From a virus (lineage: Duplodnaviria; Caudoviricetes), in IMG/VR virus record IMGVR_UViG_3300031867_000002, positions 1 through 64,000 of that record: 64,000 bases of DNA; one strand, 5' to 3'. Shown here in pieces: positions 39,235 to 48,688 of the stretch (the first letter of the stretch is position 1; each line of letters starts with the position of its first letter). The translations under genes were made by a program, and so were the position numbers. The notes under the pieces are model-generated. The model was not told where the DNA came from and did no database searches. It saw only the letters and a program-made list of their open reading frames with translations.

Positions 39235-39957
39235 TTATTTCTTGTCTATTCTCATCTTTTTCATGCTTAATGTATATGGTGTCATATAGTCTTGTTCTAA
39301 TAGATTACTCATAATACCGCTACCAATTAGATATACATCTACAGTATTACGTGCAACTTGGTTAGACTTATCACTCTCTAAGTCTTTCAATGATACTTGA
39401 CCAGTTGTATTAATCTGATTATACATTTTATTTTTTGCTTCCATATCATCTGCTTTAGCACGAGTAAACTCTTTTATTGTAGCATCCATATTCTGTAATA
39501 CCAAAGACTCTAACTCTCTATCAGATTCAACACCTTTTGCATTGCCAACAATTTGGCCTGTCTTAGGATTACGTACATCGATATTAGTATTATAACCAGA
39601 TTTCTTGGTTACAATCTGCTTGAGCTTTTTAAGGTTCAAGTAACCGACCATAGCTTCATTAGAATTAGTTACAGGTACACCATCTTTATTCTTATATATA
39701 CTAGGAAAAGATACCTTTTCTAATACAGGTACATTAATAGCCTTTAAAGCATCAATACATTTCTTAGGATTTGTTTCTCTGTCAAATGCGGTAGTTTGAA
39801 GTCTAAATGGTAATTTACGTTTACAAAATTCCATAAACTGTTGGTCAGACATCTTAGCAAACATTTCCTTATAAAAGTTTGAATTAGCCTTTGTTGGGTC
39901 AGCTGCATCAAAAAACTTATAAATTAAAGCCTCAGCTTTCTTACGATTAGCATTCAT
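39235..39957 (-). CDS. Putative virion RNA polymerase beta subunit, C-terminal part
   Basis: VGYLNLKKLKQ...RNPKTGQ...SDRELESL aligns with RpoB VGYMYxxKLxH...TQQP...GEMEVWAL, the part missing from 16734-21971. Confidence 0.7.
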   Translation of the reverse strand: MNANRKKAEALIYKFFDAADPTKANSNFYKEMFAKMSDQQFMEFCKRKLPFRLQTTAFDRETNPKKCIDALKAINVPVLEKVSFPSIYKNKDGVPVTNSNEAMVGYLNLKKLKQIVTKKSGYNTNIDVRNPKTGQIVGNAKGVESDRELESLVLQNMDATIKEFTRAKADDMEAKNKMYNQINTTGQVSLKDLESDKSNQVARNTVDVYLIGSGIMSNLLEQDYMTPYTLSMKKMRIDKK

Positions 39958-40097
39958 AATATCTATGCTCCTTTCTGGTTATTATGTAAAAGTTGATTTA
40001 TGCATATATATATTATAATAGTGATAGCAACACAATGGTTCTATCTGAACTAGCGAGGAAACTAGATAGCAATAAAAATTTTTAAGGAGGGGTACCT

Positions 40098-40439
40098 ATG
40101 TTCGGTATCGTTAATTATGTAAATTTGACAAATGGCGTCTTAAGCGCCTATAAACACAAGACAGAGAAACACATGGAGGCAAATAACCCGAAAAAGGTTG
40201 CTATGTATATTTCTATTTACTATAGTATCAACCCTGTAGCTATAGCTGATGACAGAAACATGCATTCAATAAAGGAATCTGTTCGTAGAGATTTTGGGAC
40301 TGAGATTGAATATCTAAAAGAAAACGGATATAAAATTCGTCTTTATCCAGATTCTAATGGACAGATGCAGATTTTATTCGAGATTCCAGATGGGAAATTC
40401 TATTCAAGTACCTATCCAGAATGTGATGTTGAGTGGTAA
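40098..40439 (+). CDS. Hypothetical early cassette protein
   Basis: 113 aa, AAGGAGG SD. Confidence 0.75.
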   Translation: MFGIVNYVNLTNGVLSAYKHKTEKHMEANNPKKVAMYISIYYSINPVAIADDRNMHSIKESVRRDFGTEIEYLKENGYKIRLYPDSNGQMQILFEIPDGKFYSSTYPECDVEW

Positions 40440-40660
40440 CGTAACGTAAGTTTAAAAAAGAATACGACTGTCGTGAGACAGGCGTTTCTTTTTTGTACTT
40501 AATATCATTATAATATAAATATTCACATAAGGAGGCAATACATGATATCTATGCTCCTTTCTAGTTTATATGTAAAAGTTGATTTATATACATATATATT
40601 ATAGATGTGTAAGTATAAGTTAATCATCTCATTTATAAAATATTAAAGGAGGAAAAAACA

Positions 40661-41155
40661 ATGAGAATTAAACTTTACACCGATTATGTAGACGGACGGA
40701 AAGTCTGCTACATAGCAAAAATGAAGAAGTCCGCCACTGAATCAAATATTGAATTTGACTATTATGTCAAAATCAATAGAGACCGCAATATCAAAAAAAT
40801 GACCGCTGTCGTAATCGATGATGACGATAAAGTCATTTGTAAAGATATGGTTAAAAAATGTTGGTCCGATGAAAAATCCACAAAGCAGTGTTATTTCGGA
40901 ATTACTGTATGTGGTAACCGCATTGTATCCGACACGGTATCAAATCTTCAGAATAAATCTGAAGGGAAAAATGTAGGCTTTATCGTCGAATATATCAAAG
41001 ACGAAAACGGGAACCAAATATATGATAGAGAGGGAAATCCCGTTTCAAACACGAGAAGAGTTATCCTTAATGGAAGAGTAAAAAATGTGGACTCTTCCAA
41101 AATGAGTTTCAAAATGCAAAAACTCATTCACGGGTACAACAAGTGGCACCTTTAA
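40661..41155 (+). CDS. Hypothetical early cassette protein
   Basis: 164 aa, AAAGGAGG SD. Confidence 0.75.
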   Translation: MRIKLYTDYVDGRKVCYIAKMKKSATESNIEFDYYVKINRDRNIKKMTAVVIDDDDKVICKDMVKKCWSDEKSTKQCYFGITVCGNRIVSDTVSNLQNKSEGKNVGFIVEYIKDENGNQIYDREGNPVSNTRRVILNGRVKNVDSSKMSFKMQKLIHGYNKWHL

Positions 41156-41269
41156 TGAATGAGCTTCAATACTGATAATAAAAAGAATACGACTGTCGTG
41201 AGATAGGCGTTTCTTTTTTGTCTTTAACATCATTATAATATAAATCCACATAAGGAGGTAATATGTATT

Positions 41270-42127
41270 ATGAATAATCAAGTTATTGGTAATATTATTC
41301 TAGAATCATCTCAAGAGGTTCCAGAAGTTACTATTATAGCAGAAAAAAATAATAAGGTTACTGGTACTGGTATCATTCAGACTATTGGTGACGAGAACCG
41401 TAATGGTCGTATATATGAACTTAAAGATATGAAACCTGAAGTAGAAGGAGATAGAATCCAGAAAGAGCTCATTCCTACAGGCAATATGCGTGGTCATGAC
41501 GGACATCCTGCATCAACAGAACTATCGGTTCAATCTGTTATCAATCCTATGTTGTGCTCAGTTAAGTATAAAAAGATTTGGATTGAAGGAAATGAAATTC
41601 ATGCTAATTTCTGTGGTACCAACAATGAACCTGGTAAGGCATTTAATGCTGACTTATTAGATGGTGATAGACCTTCTTTTTCTCTTCGTGCATTAGGTTC
41701 TGTAGATAGAGAAAGAAATGGTAAATGTTATGTACGTAATATCAGAATCATTACATGGGATAGAGTTATCTTCCCTAGTCATAAGAGAGCATATACACAG
41801 GGATTAATAACATCTAAGAATGAAGCTGCTGTATTAGAATCTTGTGGATATGATATGCCACAATATGAAAAATTTAATGGTCCTAAAGCACTAAATGAGG
41901 GTGTTATTATTCCAATTGTAAATCAGCAGGTAGTAGACTATATTAAACAAGAGTCTGTTAATGTAAAGAGTATTCTTAATACATTTGATACATTATATGA
42001 ATCAGCAATTATCTGTGGAAATGGTAAACAAGTACAACTCAATCTTTCTGATAACAGAGGTAAGATTCTTGTTAACCTTGAACAGTATATCCAAGATGAG
42101 ATTATGAATTATTGTTGGAATAGTTAA
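41270..42127 (+). CDS. Prohead core protease (T4 gp21-like)
   Basis: ENRNGRIY, GHDGHP, FSLRALGS, ITWDRVIFPSH motifs; late promoter at 41226. Confidence 0.9.
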   Translation: MNNQVIGNIILESSQEVPEVTIIAEKNNKVTGTGIIQTIGDENRNGRIYELKDMKPEVEGDRIQKELIPTGNMRGHDGHPASTELSVQSVINPMLCSVKYKKIWIEGNEIHANFCGTNNEPGKAFNADLLDGDRPSFSLRALGSVDRERNGKCYVRNIRIITWDRVIFPSHKRAYTQGLITSKNEAAVLESCGYDMPQYEKFNGPKALNEGVIIPIVNQQVVDYIKQESVNVKSILNTFDTLYESAIICGNGKQVQLNLSDNRGKILVNLEQYIQDEIMNYCWNS

Positions 42128-42232
42128 TTATTTGGGATGCTATCATAGCATCCCAAATTTCTTTTGTATATTATTAATGTGTAAGAGGTTACTGAAAACA
42201 GTTATAAAGACTACGACCTCTGGAGGTATATT

Positions 42233-42667
42233 ATGTTTGACATTATTCGTATTACATCTATTGGTTCGACTCCTGAAACTTTATATCAGGAACTTGAAAC
42301 AGAAGAAAAAGAATCTTCTCTTACAAGAGAAGAGTTCTGGAACGATATGACTACTGACACTATTTCAGAAGAGCACTTTAATTTTCAAGCTCTTTATAAC
42401 TCCGCTGAAGATGTTATTGTTATGCGGAGATTTATAAACAGACACACTGGGAAATCAACTAATCAAATCACCAATGCTGATGAGATTGAAAGAATTCTTA
42501 CAGATTTTCTTAATGGAAAACCTGTATACGATGATGACTACTCCATTTCAAGATGTAGGGTAATGCAGATTAGAGAAAGATATTATAGATATATCTGCCG
42601 TACAACTAAATCTATACTTTACCGTAGCTACCATGAGTTCTTAAAATGGGTGAAGAATATGAAATGA
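42233..42667 (+). CDS. Hypothetical early cassette protein
   Basis: GGAGGT SD; terminator 42674-42710. Confidence 0.75.
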   Translation: MFDIIRITSIGSTPETLYQELETEEKESSLTREEFWNDMTTDTISEEHFNFQALYNSAEDVIVMRRFINRHTGKSTNQITNADEIERILTDFLNGKPVYDDDYSISRCRVMQIRERYYRYICRTTKSILYRSYHEFLKWVKNMK

Positions 42668-42822
42668 TAGTATAAAAGAATCCGCTTTTATAAAAGCGGA
42701 TTCTTTTTTTGCTATGCTCCGTAAAAGTTTACTATGTTACTTATATATTATTTAAGTAAGAAGAGAGTCATATTGTTTAACAATGACTCAAAAAATATTG
42801 CTTTTGAAAGGAGCAGATTACT

Positions 42823-43239
42823 ATGATGACTACAATTAAAATTAACTCTAAAGAAATAAAAAGATTCAACGAAGAGGAAAAAAGAAACCATGAAAATATT
42901 TTTATGGTTTTAACCGATATTAAGGGTGATAAGTATTTAATAGCCCACGGCATTGGCGGTTACATAATCGCTGATGACGGTATCGGAAGAACACCGAGCC
43001 AGACTTATGCAAGATTAGTAAAGCTAGGTAAAATCGAAAACGGTGAGCATTTAAATATTGCTTGCTGTTTTGGAGGCGATATTGACAATGATTCTGAAAA
43101 TGTATCTATTGTCAATAATGAATCGGCACCATTATTCATAACACGTCAAGTGTTAAATAATGGCATAGGCAGATTAACGATGTTCACGAAAACAAAAATT
43201 CGTGACAGAGTTAAGGCTGCAATTTCAGTATTTATATAA
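42823..43239 (+). CDS. Early cassette protein, possible caspase/CHAT-like His-Cys fold
   Basis: YLIAHG...LNIACCFGG. Confidence 0.5.
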   Translation: MMTTIKINSKEIKRFNEEEKRNHENIFMVLTDIKGDKYLIAHGIGGYIIADDGIGRTPSQTYARLVKLGKIENGEHLNIACCFGGDIDNDSENVSIVNNESAPLFITRQVLNNGIGRLTMFTKTKIRDRVKAAISVFI

Positions 43240-43314
43240 TAAAAGAAAACGACTGTCGGGAGATAGGCGTTTCTTTTTTGTCTCACTAGCACAACTTTTT
43301 AGTAATGAAAGGAG

Positions 43315-44520
43315 ATGATTCCTAACATGGCTAATAACGCTAATTTGAAGATTACTGAGGTTATTGATAAAGAGATATATCCTATTGTACAAGGTGTATT
43401 GTCTAAGTCATTAAACAAGTATAAAGCACTCATGTCTAAGTTTATGAATGCTAGGTCTACATCTCTCTATGATACTTTCCCTGCAACTCGTTGTACTTAT
43501 GGACAACAAGATGCGGATGAGTTATATGCTGTTTTTGGTAAATCAGAAAGGGAATTACAAGAGATTATTAATAAGACTTACTATTCTCAAATTCCAAATT
43601 TTAATCCACGTACTGCTAAGAGTCCAGTAACTGTATTATGTATTACTATTATTAAGTATTTCATATCTAAGAATGATAAGAAGAATCTTGATGTAGCTAT
43701 TATATACATGTCTTTTTCTGGTGGATTTTATCCATCTATTCATTATGGCTCTTATCCTACTGCAGTACCAGCGGATTATAGATTCGTATGTGACTATGTA
43801 GTTAATAATGAGTTGTCTAATAAGTTTGATTTAAAAAGAACAGGTTCTGTAGTTGGAACCATTCAATCCATCGGTGCTACATGGGTTGATGCATATAAGG
43901 ATAAGTTCAAGGGAGTTACAGATGATGAAGAATATGTATATGTAATTCAACAGTTACATATGCGTATTAAGTCGTTTATTCAGAATACAGCAGAAATCTA
44001 TTATAAGTGTTATAAGAATCGTGAATATCTCACATATGATAGTGATGATATGTCTGAAGATAATTTTAGACTTACAGAGAATGATAGCACTAAGATTGAG
44101 GCTATTACTAACCGTGCAATGACATGGATTACTACACATGATGTAGATTATCGTCTATGTAAGATGTGTAGCGATAGTAATGTAAAGACAGAAGAAATCA
44201 AATCTATCATTGAGAGTATTGTTAAGAATACTGATAATATAGACACTGTAAGAGAGTTAGTTGCTCTTATTACAGCAAACTATTTTAAAGCTAGTAAGAA
44301 TAAAGATGTAAGAGATATTGAGTTTATCTCTTTCTCTATTAAGGCTAAGCCTAATACAAAAGACAAAGATATTCTACGACAGAATGAAATTATAGATACA
44401 TTCTTGTGTGAGAATAGTATTGCATATAATCGTCGTAAAAGTAGAGAAGCAACAAAGAATAGTTATAACAGAGCAGTTTTAACATACTTTGTTCTAGTAA
44501 TCAATCAATCTAATAAGTGA
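43315..44520 (+). CDS. Hypothetical late protein
   Basis: 401 aa; late promoter at 43293. Confidence 0.8.
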   Translation: MIPNMANNANLKITEVIDKEIYPIVQGVLSKSLNKYKALMSKFMNARSTSLYDTFPATRCTYGQQDADELYAVFGKSERELQEIINKTYYSQIPNFNPRTAKSPVTVLCITIIKYFISKNDKKNLDVAIIYMSFSGGFYPSIHYGSYPTAVPADYRFVCDYVVNNELSNKFDLKRTGSVVGTIQSIGATWVDAYKDKFKGVTDDEEYVYVIQQLHMRIKSFIQNTAEIYYKCYKNREYLTYDSDDMSEDNFRLTENDSTKIEAITNRAMTWITTHDVDYRLCKMCSDSNVKTEEIKSIIESIVKNTDNIDTVRELVALITANYFKASKNKDVRDIEFISFSIKAKPNTKDKDILRQNEIIDTFLCENSIAYNRRKSREATKNSYNRAVLTYFVLVINQSNK

Positions 44521-44529
44521 GGCGTCGGT

Positions 44530-44979
44530 ATGGATTTTTATAATGATTTATTAAATGAATCGATTGTAGATAAATTTAAAGAAGGTAACTATTATTCAAG
44601 ATTTACGGTGGCTATATCGGAAGCTTTAGCTAATGGTGAATCAATTAATATAGAAGTAACTTTAAAATCTAAAGATAATAAAGGATATCTTAAAACTACT
44701 TTTTATTCTAAAAACGAATACTTATATAGAAAACAAGAAATCAAAGATAAGGTCATTAAAGATTCTTATACCACAGATTCTATATGTAATATTCCTAATA
44801 GAACTGTGTTCAATAATATCATATCAAGATATATTAGTAACGATGAATTTAAATTAACTATTAAAAAAGTTGTTTCATTTGATTCATATGAAGACTTAAT
44901 TAAAGAACCAGAATATCAAAATCATTTGAATTACGAAACTGTTAATTTTAATCCTATTGCTGAAACAAAAATTATATAA
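44530..44979 (+). CDS. Hypothetical protein, probable internal head protein
   Basis: N-terminal LLNES putative protease site. Confidence 0.6.
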   Translation: MDFYNDLLNESIVDKFKEGNYYSRFTVAISEALANGESINIEVTLKSKDNKGYLKTTFYSKNEYLYRKQEIKDKVIKDSYTTDSICNIPNRTVFNNIISRYISNDEFKLTIKKVVSFDSYEDLIKEPEYQNHLNYETVNFNPIAETKII

Positions 44980-44990
44980 AAATAAGTGAG

Positions 44991-46346
44991 GTGTGTAAGT
45001 TGGGTATATATGCAGATAGAGCTTTATTAGAGCAAAAGTCTGACCAAGCTTTTATACAAGCTGTTAATGAAGTATACTTTGGTAGAACAGCCAGTATAAA
45101 TTCTTTATTTAATGCATACTGTGATTGGAGAGAACCATTTATATCTAGTACAAAATACTACACAGGTGAATATAAAAATGTGTATAATAAAGATATGCAA
45201 GTATTTAGAGATATGGTATGTAAACAGTTTGGTTTTAAAACATTCTCATATAATGTATTACCTATGGCTGAGCCTAATTCTTTTACATTGGGTTCATTTT
45301 TTCCGTTAAGTAATAGAACACCTGATAAGATTATAATAGATAAGAACGGATATAGATTCAAAGACAATACTATAGTAAGTTCTATAGTAGCAGTATTTCC
45401 AGAATTAATTTTTAATCCAGAGTATTCTAATGAAGAAAATTTTTCTATATTTTTGCATGAAATAGGGCATAATTTTCAAAGTGCTGCAAACAATACTATG
45501 TTTGGATTAACAGTTGGTGAAGATATAATACTTGCATTTATGGGAGCTCTACCTAGTTTATTATTATATAATGACTATACTTATACTGCAGTAAATTTTA
45601 TACAAAATAAATTGTCTGATATTAAAGTGTTATCTACGTTATATGCATGTGTATCTATGATAATATATGCTTTAACAAGATGTAAAACTTTTATACAGGG
45701 TTGGAGTTCTGTACTCTTGATTCCTATAGGGGGTATATTATCATTCGCAAAGCGTCTTGAATCATTTTTAAGGAGTATACTTAACCTTTCTGCTATAAGA
45801 GGTTATTATGGTGAAAGATTTGCTGATGGATTTGCAGCTTCTTATGGATTTGGAGAAGCGTTATCATCAGCTTTAAGAAAAATGGATACTGTTATAACAG
45901 CAGAACCAACAGTAGATGATTTAATTAATAAAGCACCAATAATAGGTCATATAATGAATGCAGCATGTTTACCAGGTATGATGCTTTGTGGTATTATTGA
46001 CGTACATCCTAACACAGCATCGAGATGCTATTCTGTTATTAAAGACTTAAAAACAGATTTAAACGACCCTAGTCTTTCTCCAGAATTAAAAAAACAATTG
46101 AAAAAAGAAATAGATTCTTATGAAAACACAATGCATAAATTTTTCGATGTTGCTACTAAAGCTGAAAATCCAAGATTATTACCTACAATTATACAAAAGT
46201 GGATGTATGAAAAAGGTGGAGACCTTAAATTTAAGATATCCGAACTTCCGTTTAATAATATTGGTGGATTTAGGGCAGAAACTAATAAAACGAGAGATTA
46301 TATTAAAAATGATAGATATAGTATAAAAACTGCAAAAATTATATAA
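44991..46346 (+). CDS. Zinc metalloprotease (M48-like), probably virion-associated
   Basis: FLHEIGH, GERFADGFA, HPNTASR; hydrophobic segments; start codon uncertain. Confidence 0.75.
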   Translation: MCKLGIYADRALLEQKSDQAFIQAVNEVYFGRTASINSLFNAYCDWREPFISSTKYYTGEYKNVYNKDMQVFRDMVCKQFGFKTFSYNVLPMAEPNSFTLGSFFPLSNRTPDKIIIDKNGYRFKDNTIVSSIVAVFPELIFNPEYSNEENFSIFLHEIGHNFQSAANNTMFGLTVGEDIILAFMGALPSLLLYNDYTYTAVNFIQNKLSDIKVLSTLYACVSMIIYALTRCKTFIQGWSSVLLIPIGGILSFAKRLESFLRSILNLSAIRGYYGERFADGFAASYGFGEALSSALRKMDTVITAEPTVDDLINKAPIIGHIMNAACLPGMMLCGIIDVHPNTASRCYSVIKDLKTDLNDPSLSPELKKQLKKEIDSYENTMHKFFDVATKAENPRLLPTIIQKWMYEKGGDLKFKISELPFNNIGGFRAETNKTRDYIKNDRYSIKTAKII

Positions 46347-46359
46347 GGGAGGTTTTATT

Positions 46360-47274
46360 ATGGACTTTAATATAAACGATTTCTTCTTCTTACTGGAAGC
46401 TGATGATGAAGGTAAGAAAGAAGAAGATGAAAAGAAGGACGATGAGAAGAAAGAATCTGAATCTAAAGAAGATAAAAAAGAAGAGGATGATAAGTCCTCT
46501 GATGAAGATGATTCTGAATATAACGACCTTATGGATGATGATAATGCTGATTCTGAGTTATCTGATGATACCGATACTGATAGTGATTCATCCGATGACA
46601 TTGATAGCGATTCATCTGATGATGATGAATACAATGACTTAATGGATGATGATATTGGAGACTTATCTACAGATGATGATGAACCAGTAGCAGATGATTC
46701 TTCTGATGATTATAATACTCTTATTGTTGTAAAAGAACCTGATGGTAGTGAATCTTCTTCTGGAGATGTATTTGAGAAGCTTGCTAAATATGCATATGCT
46801 TCTCAAGTAGTTGCTAATAATTTTTCTCATATTGCTACTAATGCATGTGGACCTAATTATGACACAATTAATCAGATTTGTAGTACACTATCAGATAGAT
46901 TAAATTGGGGTGTTAGAGATATTCTTAGTACTGCATCTGAATCTCCTCTTGTTAAGATTGATAACTTAACTAGAGCTAAAGAACATGTAGAAGATATTGA
47001 AGTAGAAGATAAAGATTCTTATGATATTTCTTTAGCGTGTGAAAGAATTAATAACAATCTTACTATTCTCATTAAGTATGCTAAAGATGCAGCTGATGCA
47101 GCTGGTAACAGAACAGACATTCAACGTAAAGTAGATGATGATATTTCATATTTCTCTAAGGAAATGAATGGTAGAATTAGAAAGATTATGACTACTCCAT
47201 CATCTGCTATTGATGATTGTGGTGGATGCGAAGAAGTAGAACCTGCTATGGAATCTTATAATATATTATTCTAA
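46360..47274 (+). CDS. Highly acidic protein with possible Dps/ferritin-like C-terminal bundle
   Basis: N-terminal LLEA, D/E/S-rich tract, NFSHIATNACGPNYDTINQ. Confidence 0.6.
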   Translation: MDFNINDFFFLLEADDEGKKEEDEKKDDEKKESESKEDKKEEDDKSSDEDDSEYNDLMDDDNADSELSDDTDTDSDSSDDIDSDSSDDDEYNDLMDDDIGDLSTDDDEPVADDSSDDYNTLIVVKEPDGSESSSGDVFEKLAKYAYASQVVANNFSHIATNACGPNYDTINQICSTLSDRLNWGVRDILSTASESPLVKIDNLTRAKEHVEDIEVEDKDSYDISLACERINNNLTILIKYAKDAADAAGNRTDIQRKVDDDISYFSKEMNGRIRKIMTTPSSAIDDCGGCEEVEPAMESYNILF

Positions 47275-47309
47275 AAGAAAGTCCCACTGGATATAACCAG
47301 TGGGACATT

Positions 47310-47609
47310 TTAACTTTCAATTTCAACAATAGGTAATCCGTTAGATATGTCGTAACTACAAACTAGCATAGCATACATTACAGCATCTTTACCAGCTTCC
47401 CATAAACAAGTATCTACAAGTTCTTTATCATACTTATCATCTATAGAAATAGTAATCTCATTTCCAGATAATAAGATGTTAGAATTTATATTATTCTCAT
47501 TTAGTTTACCTCTATAGATATCAATGATATCCATAGAGGTATTTACAGATGGCTCTAGTCTGTTTAAATTAAGAGTTAAAGTCAATTTCAACACCCTCCA
47601 CATTAGCAC
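47310..47609 (-). CDS. Hypothetical protein (start uncertain)
   Basis: ORF fills the gap to terminator 47281-47306; no clear SD. Confidence 0.45.
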   Translation of the reverse strand: MLMWRVLKLTLTLNLNRLEPSVNTSMDIIDIYRGKLNENNINSNILLSGNEITISIDDKYDKELVDTCLWEAGKDAVMYAMLVCSYDISNGLPIVEIES

Positions 47610-47826
47610 GCAATACTAAAATGTCGAGATAATGATTCATAGCTTTAAGTTGGTCATTATAAAGACCTCTAGGACAAGTAGGCTTGAATTCTAATGTACC
47701 ATCATCCCATTTTTTAAGCATTGCTTCAAGTCCATCAATACGTGTTTTAAGCTGATAGAATTCAGCTTTAAATCTTTCTTTATAATCGCTACTATTCATC
47801 ATATTTACAGTTTCATTAAGTTTCAT
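47569..47826 (-). CDS. Conserved small phage protein (crAss001_48-like)
   Basis: MNSSDYKERFKAEFYQLKTR...FKPTCP...QLKAM..YL.IL..RA. Confidence 0.7.
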   Translation of the reverse strand: MKLNETVNMMNSSDYKERFKAEFYQLKTRIDGLEAMLKKWDDGTLEFKPTCPRGLYNDQLKAMNHYLDILVLRANVEGVEIDFNS

Positions 47827-47840
47827 TATAATTACCTCCA

Positions 47841-48368
47841 TTAATCAAGTGTTGTCCAATTGGGACAAGGAGAAGAAACCTTAAGTCCTTCATGTGCAGG
47901 AATGATAGTTTCAGCCTTTTCGTATCTAGGTGTTCCATCATCATTCACACCAGTCTTCATCGGGAACTTCTTTTGAGATTCAGGAATTTCTTTAATTTGA
48001 ATTGAGATATTAGATTTTTCTGTAGCTCCAAGATTAATCTTTCTACCTGTTCTAAGAGCACAGTTGAAGAAATCCTTAGACAGAGTAACCATAGTCTCTG
48101 CATCAGATTTTTTAACATCATAATTATCAGCAATAGACTGAGCTTCAATTTTAGGCATCTTAGTTGTAGATGCAATGATATTAGCTGTCATATCTCTAAA
48201 ATCTTTTGCTGGACAATGTTGTTCATGAGTAGCATAATCTGTAACAATAAAATCTTTGTCGTTAAGCATAGCTCTCATAACAGTTACTTCATCACGTTTA
48301 GATGCAGATTTCTGTTTAAGATTATCGTGAATATCCTTGATAAGGTCTTGTACGTTCATAGATTCCAT
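47841..48368 (-). CDS. Hypothetical protein, weakly HU/IHF-like C-terminus
   Basis: GRKINLG...IIPAHEGLKVS. Confidence 0.6.
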   Translation of the reverse strand: MESMNVQDLIKDIHDNLKQKSASKRDEVTVMRAMLNDKDFIVTDYATHEQHCPAKDFRDMTANIIASTTKMPKIEAQSIADNYDVKKSDAETMVTLSKDFFNCALRTGRKINLGATEKSNISIQIKEIPESQKKFPMKTGVNDDGTPRYEKAETIIPAHEGLKVSSPCPNWTTLD

Positions 48369-48383
48369 AATGGTATCCTCCTA

Positions 48384-48572
48384 TTAATTATTAATGATTT
48401 GTATATGTTTATTGTCTTTCTTTAGATTATCCCATTGAAAGGCGAATAAAGCATCGTTAGCATTGTTCTTTCCATTCTTTTTAATGTATTCGTTCAATTC
48501 TTCTGGTGTTGAACTAGCTAAAAAAGAAATAAAATCTTCTCGTTCATTTTTAGTCATTGGTGACTTTTTCAT
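48384..48572 (-). CDS. Hypothetical protein
   Basis: 62 aa, AAGGAGGT SD, late promoter at 48622. Confidence 0.7.
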   Translation of the reverse strand: MKKSPMTKNEREDFISFLASSTPEELNEYIKKNGKNNANDALFAFQWDNLKKDNKHIQIINN

Positions 48573-48688
48573 ATAATTACCTCCTTAAGTAGTCTGAGAG
48601 ACTACTCATTTATAAATATGTTTCTCGCTTAGTAAAAAACATACGTATTGCGTCGTTTAACATTCATATAATAAGGAGGCTGATATAT

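Larger units (their letters stand above)
39955..41269 (+). repeat. Tandem duplication of the whole intergenic frame, with a different cargo ORF in each copy
   Basis: 39955-39999 is nearly identical to 40541-40585; 40454-40540 is nearly identical to 41180-41264; a third terminator copy lies at 43241-43281. Confidence 0.85.

Noticed and set aside
40454-43281. Three copies of a roughly 40-bp repeat as a possible CRISPR array or attC sites
   Set aside because: Spacing is gene-sized and irregular, each copy is a terminator, and no cas or integrase gene is in the window
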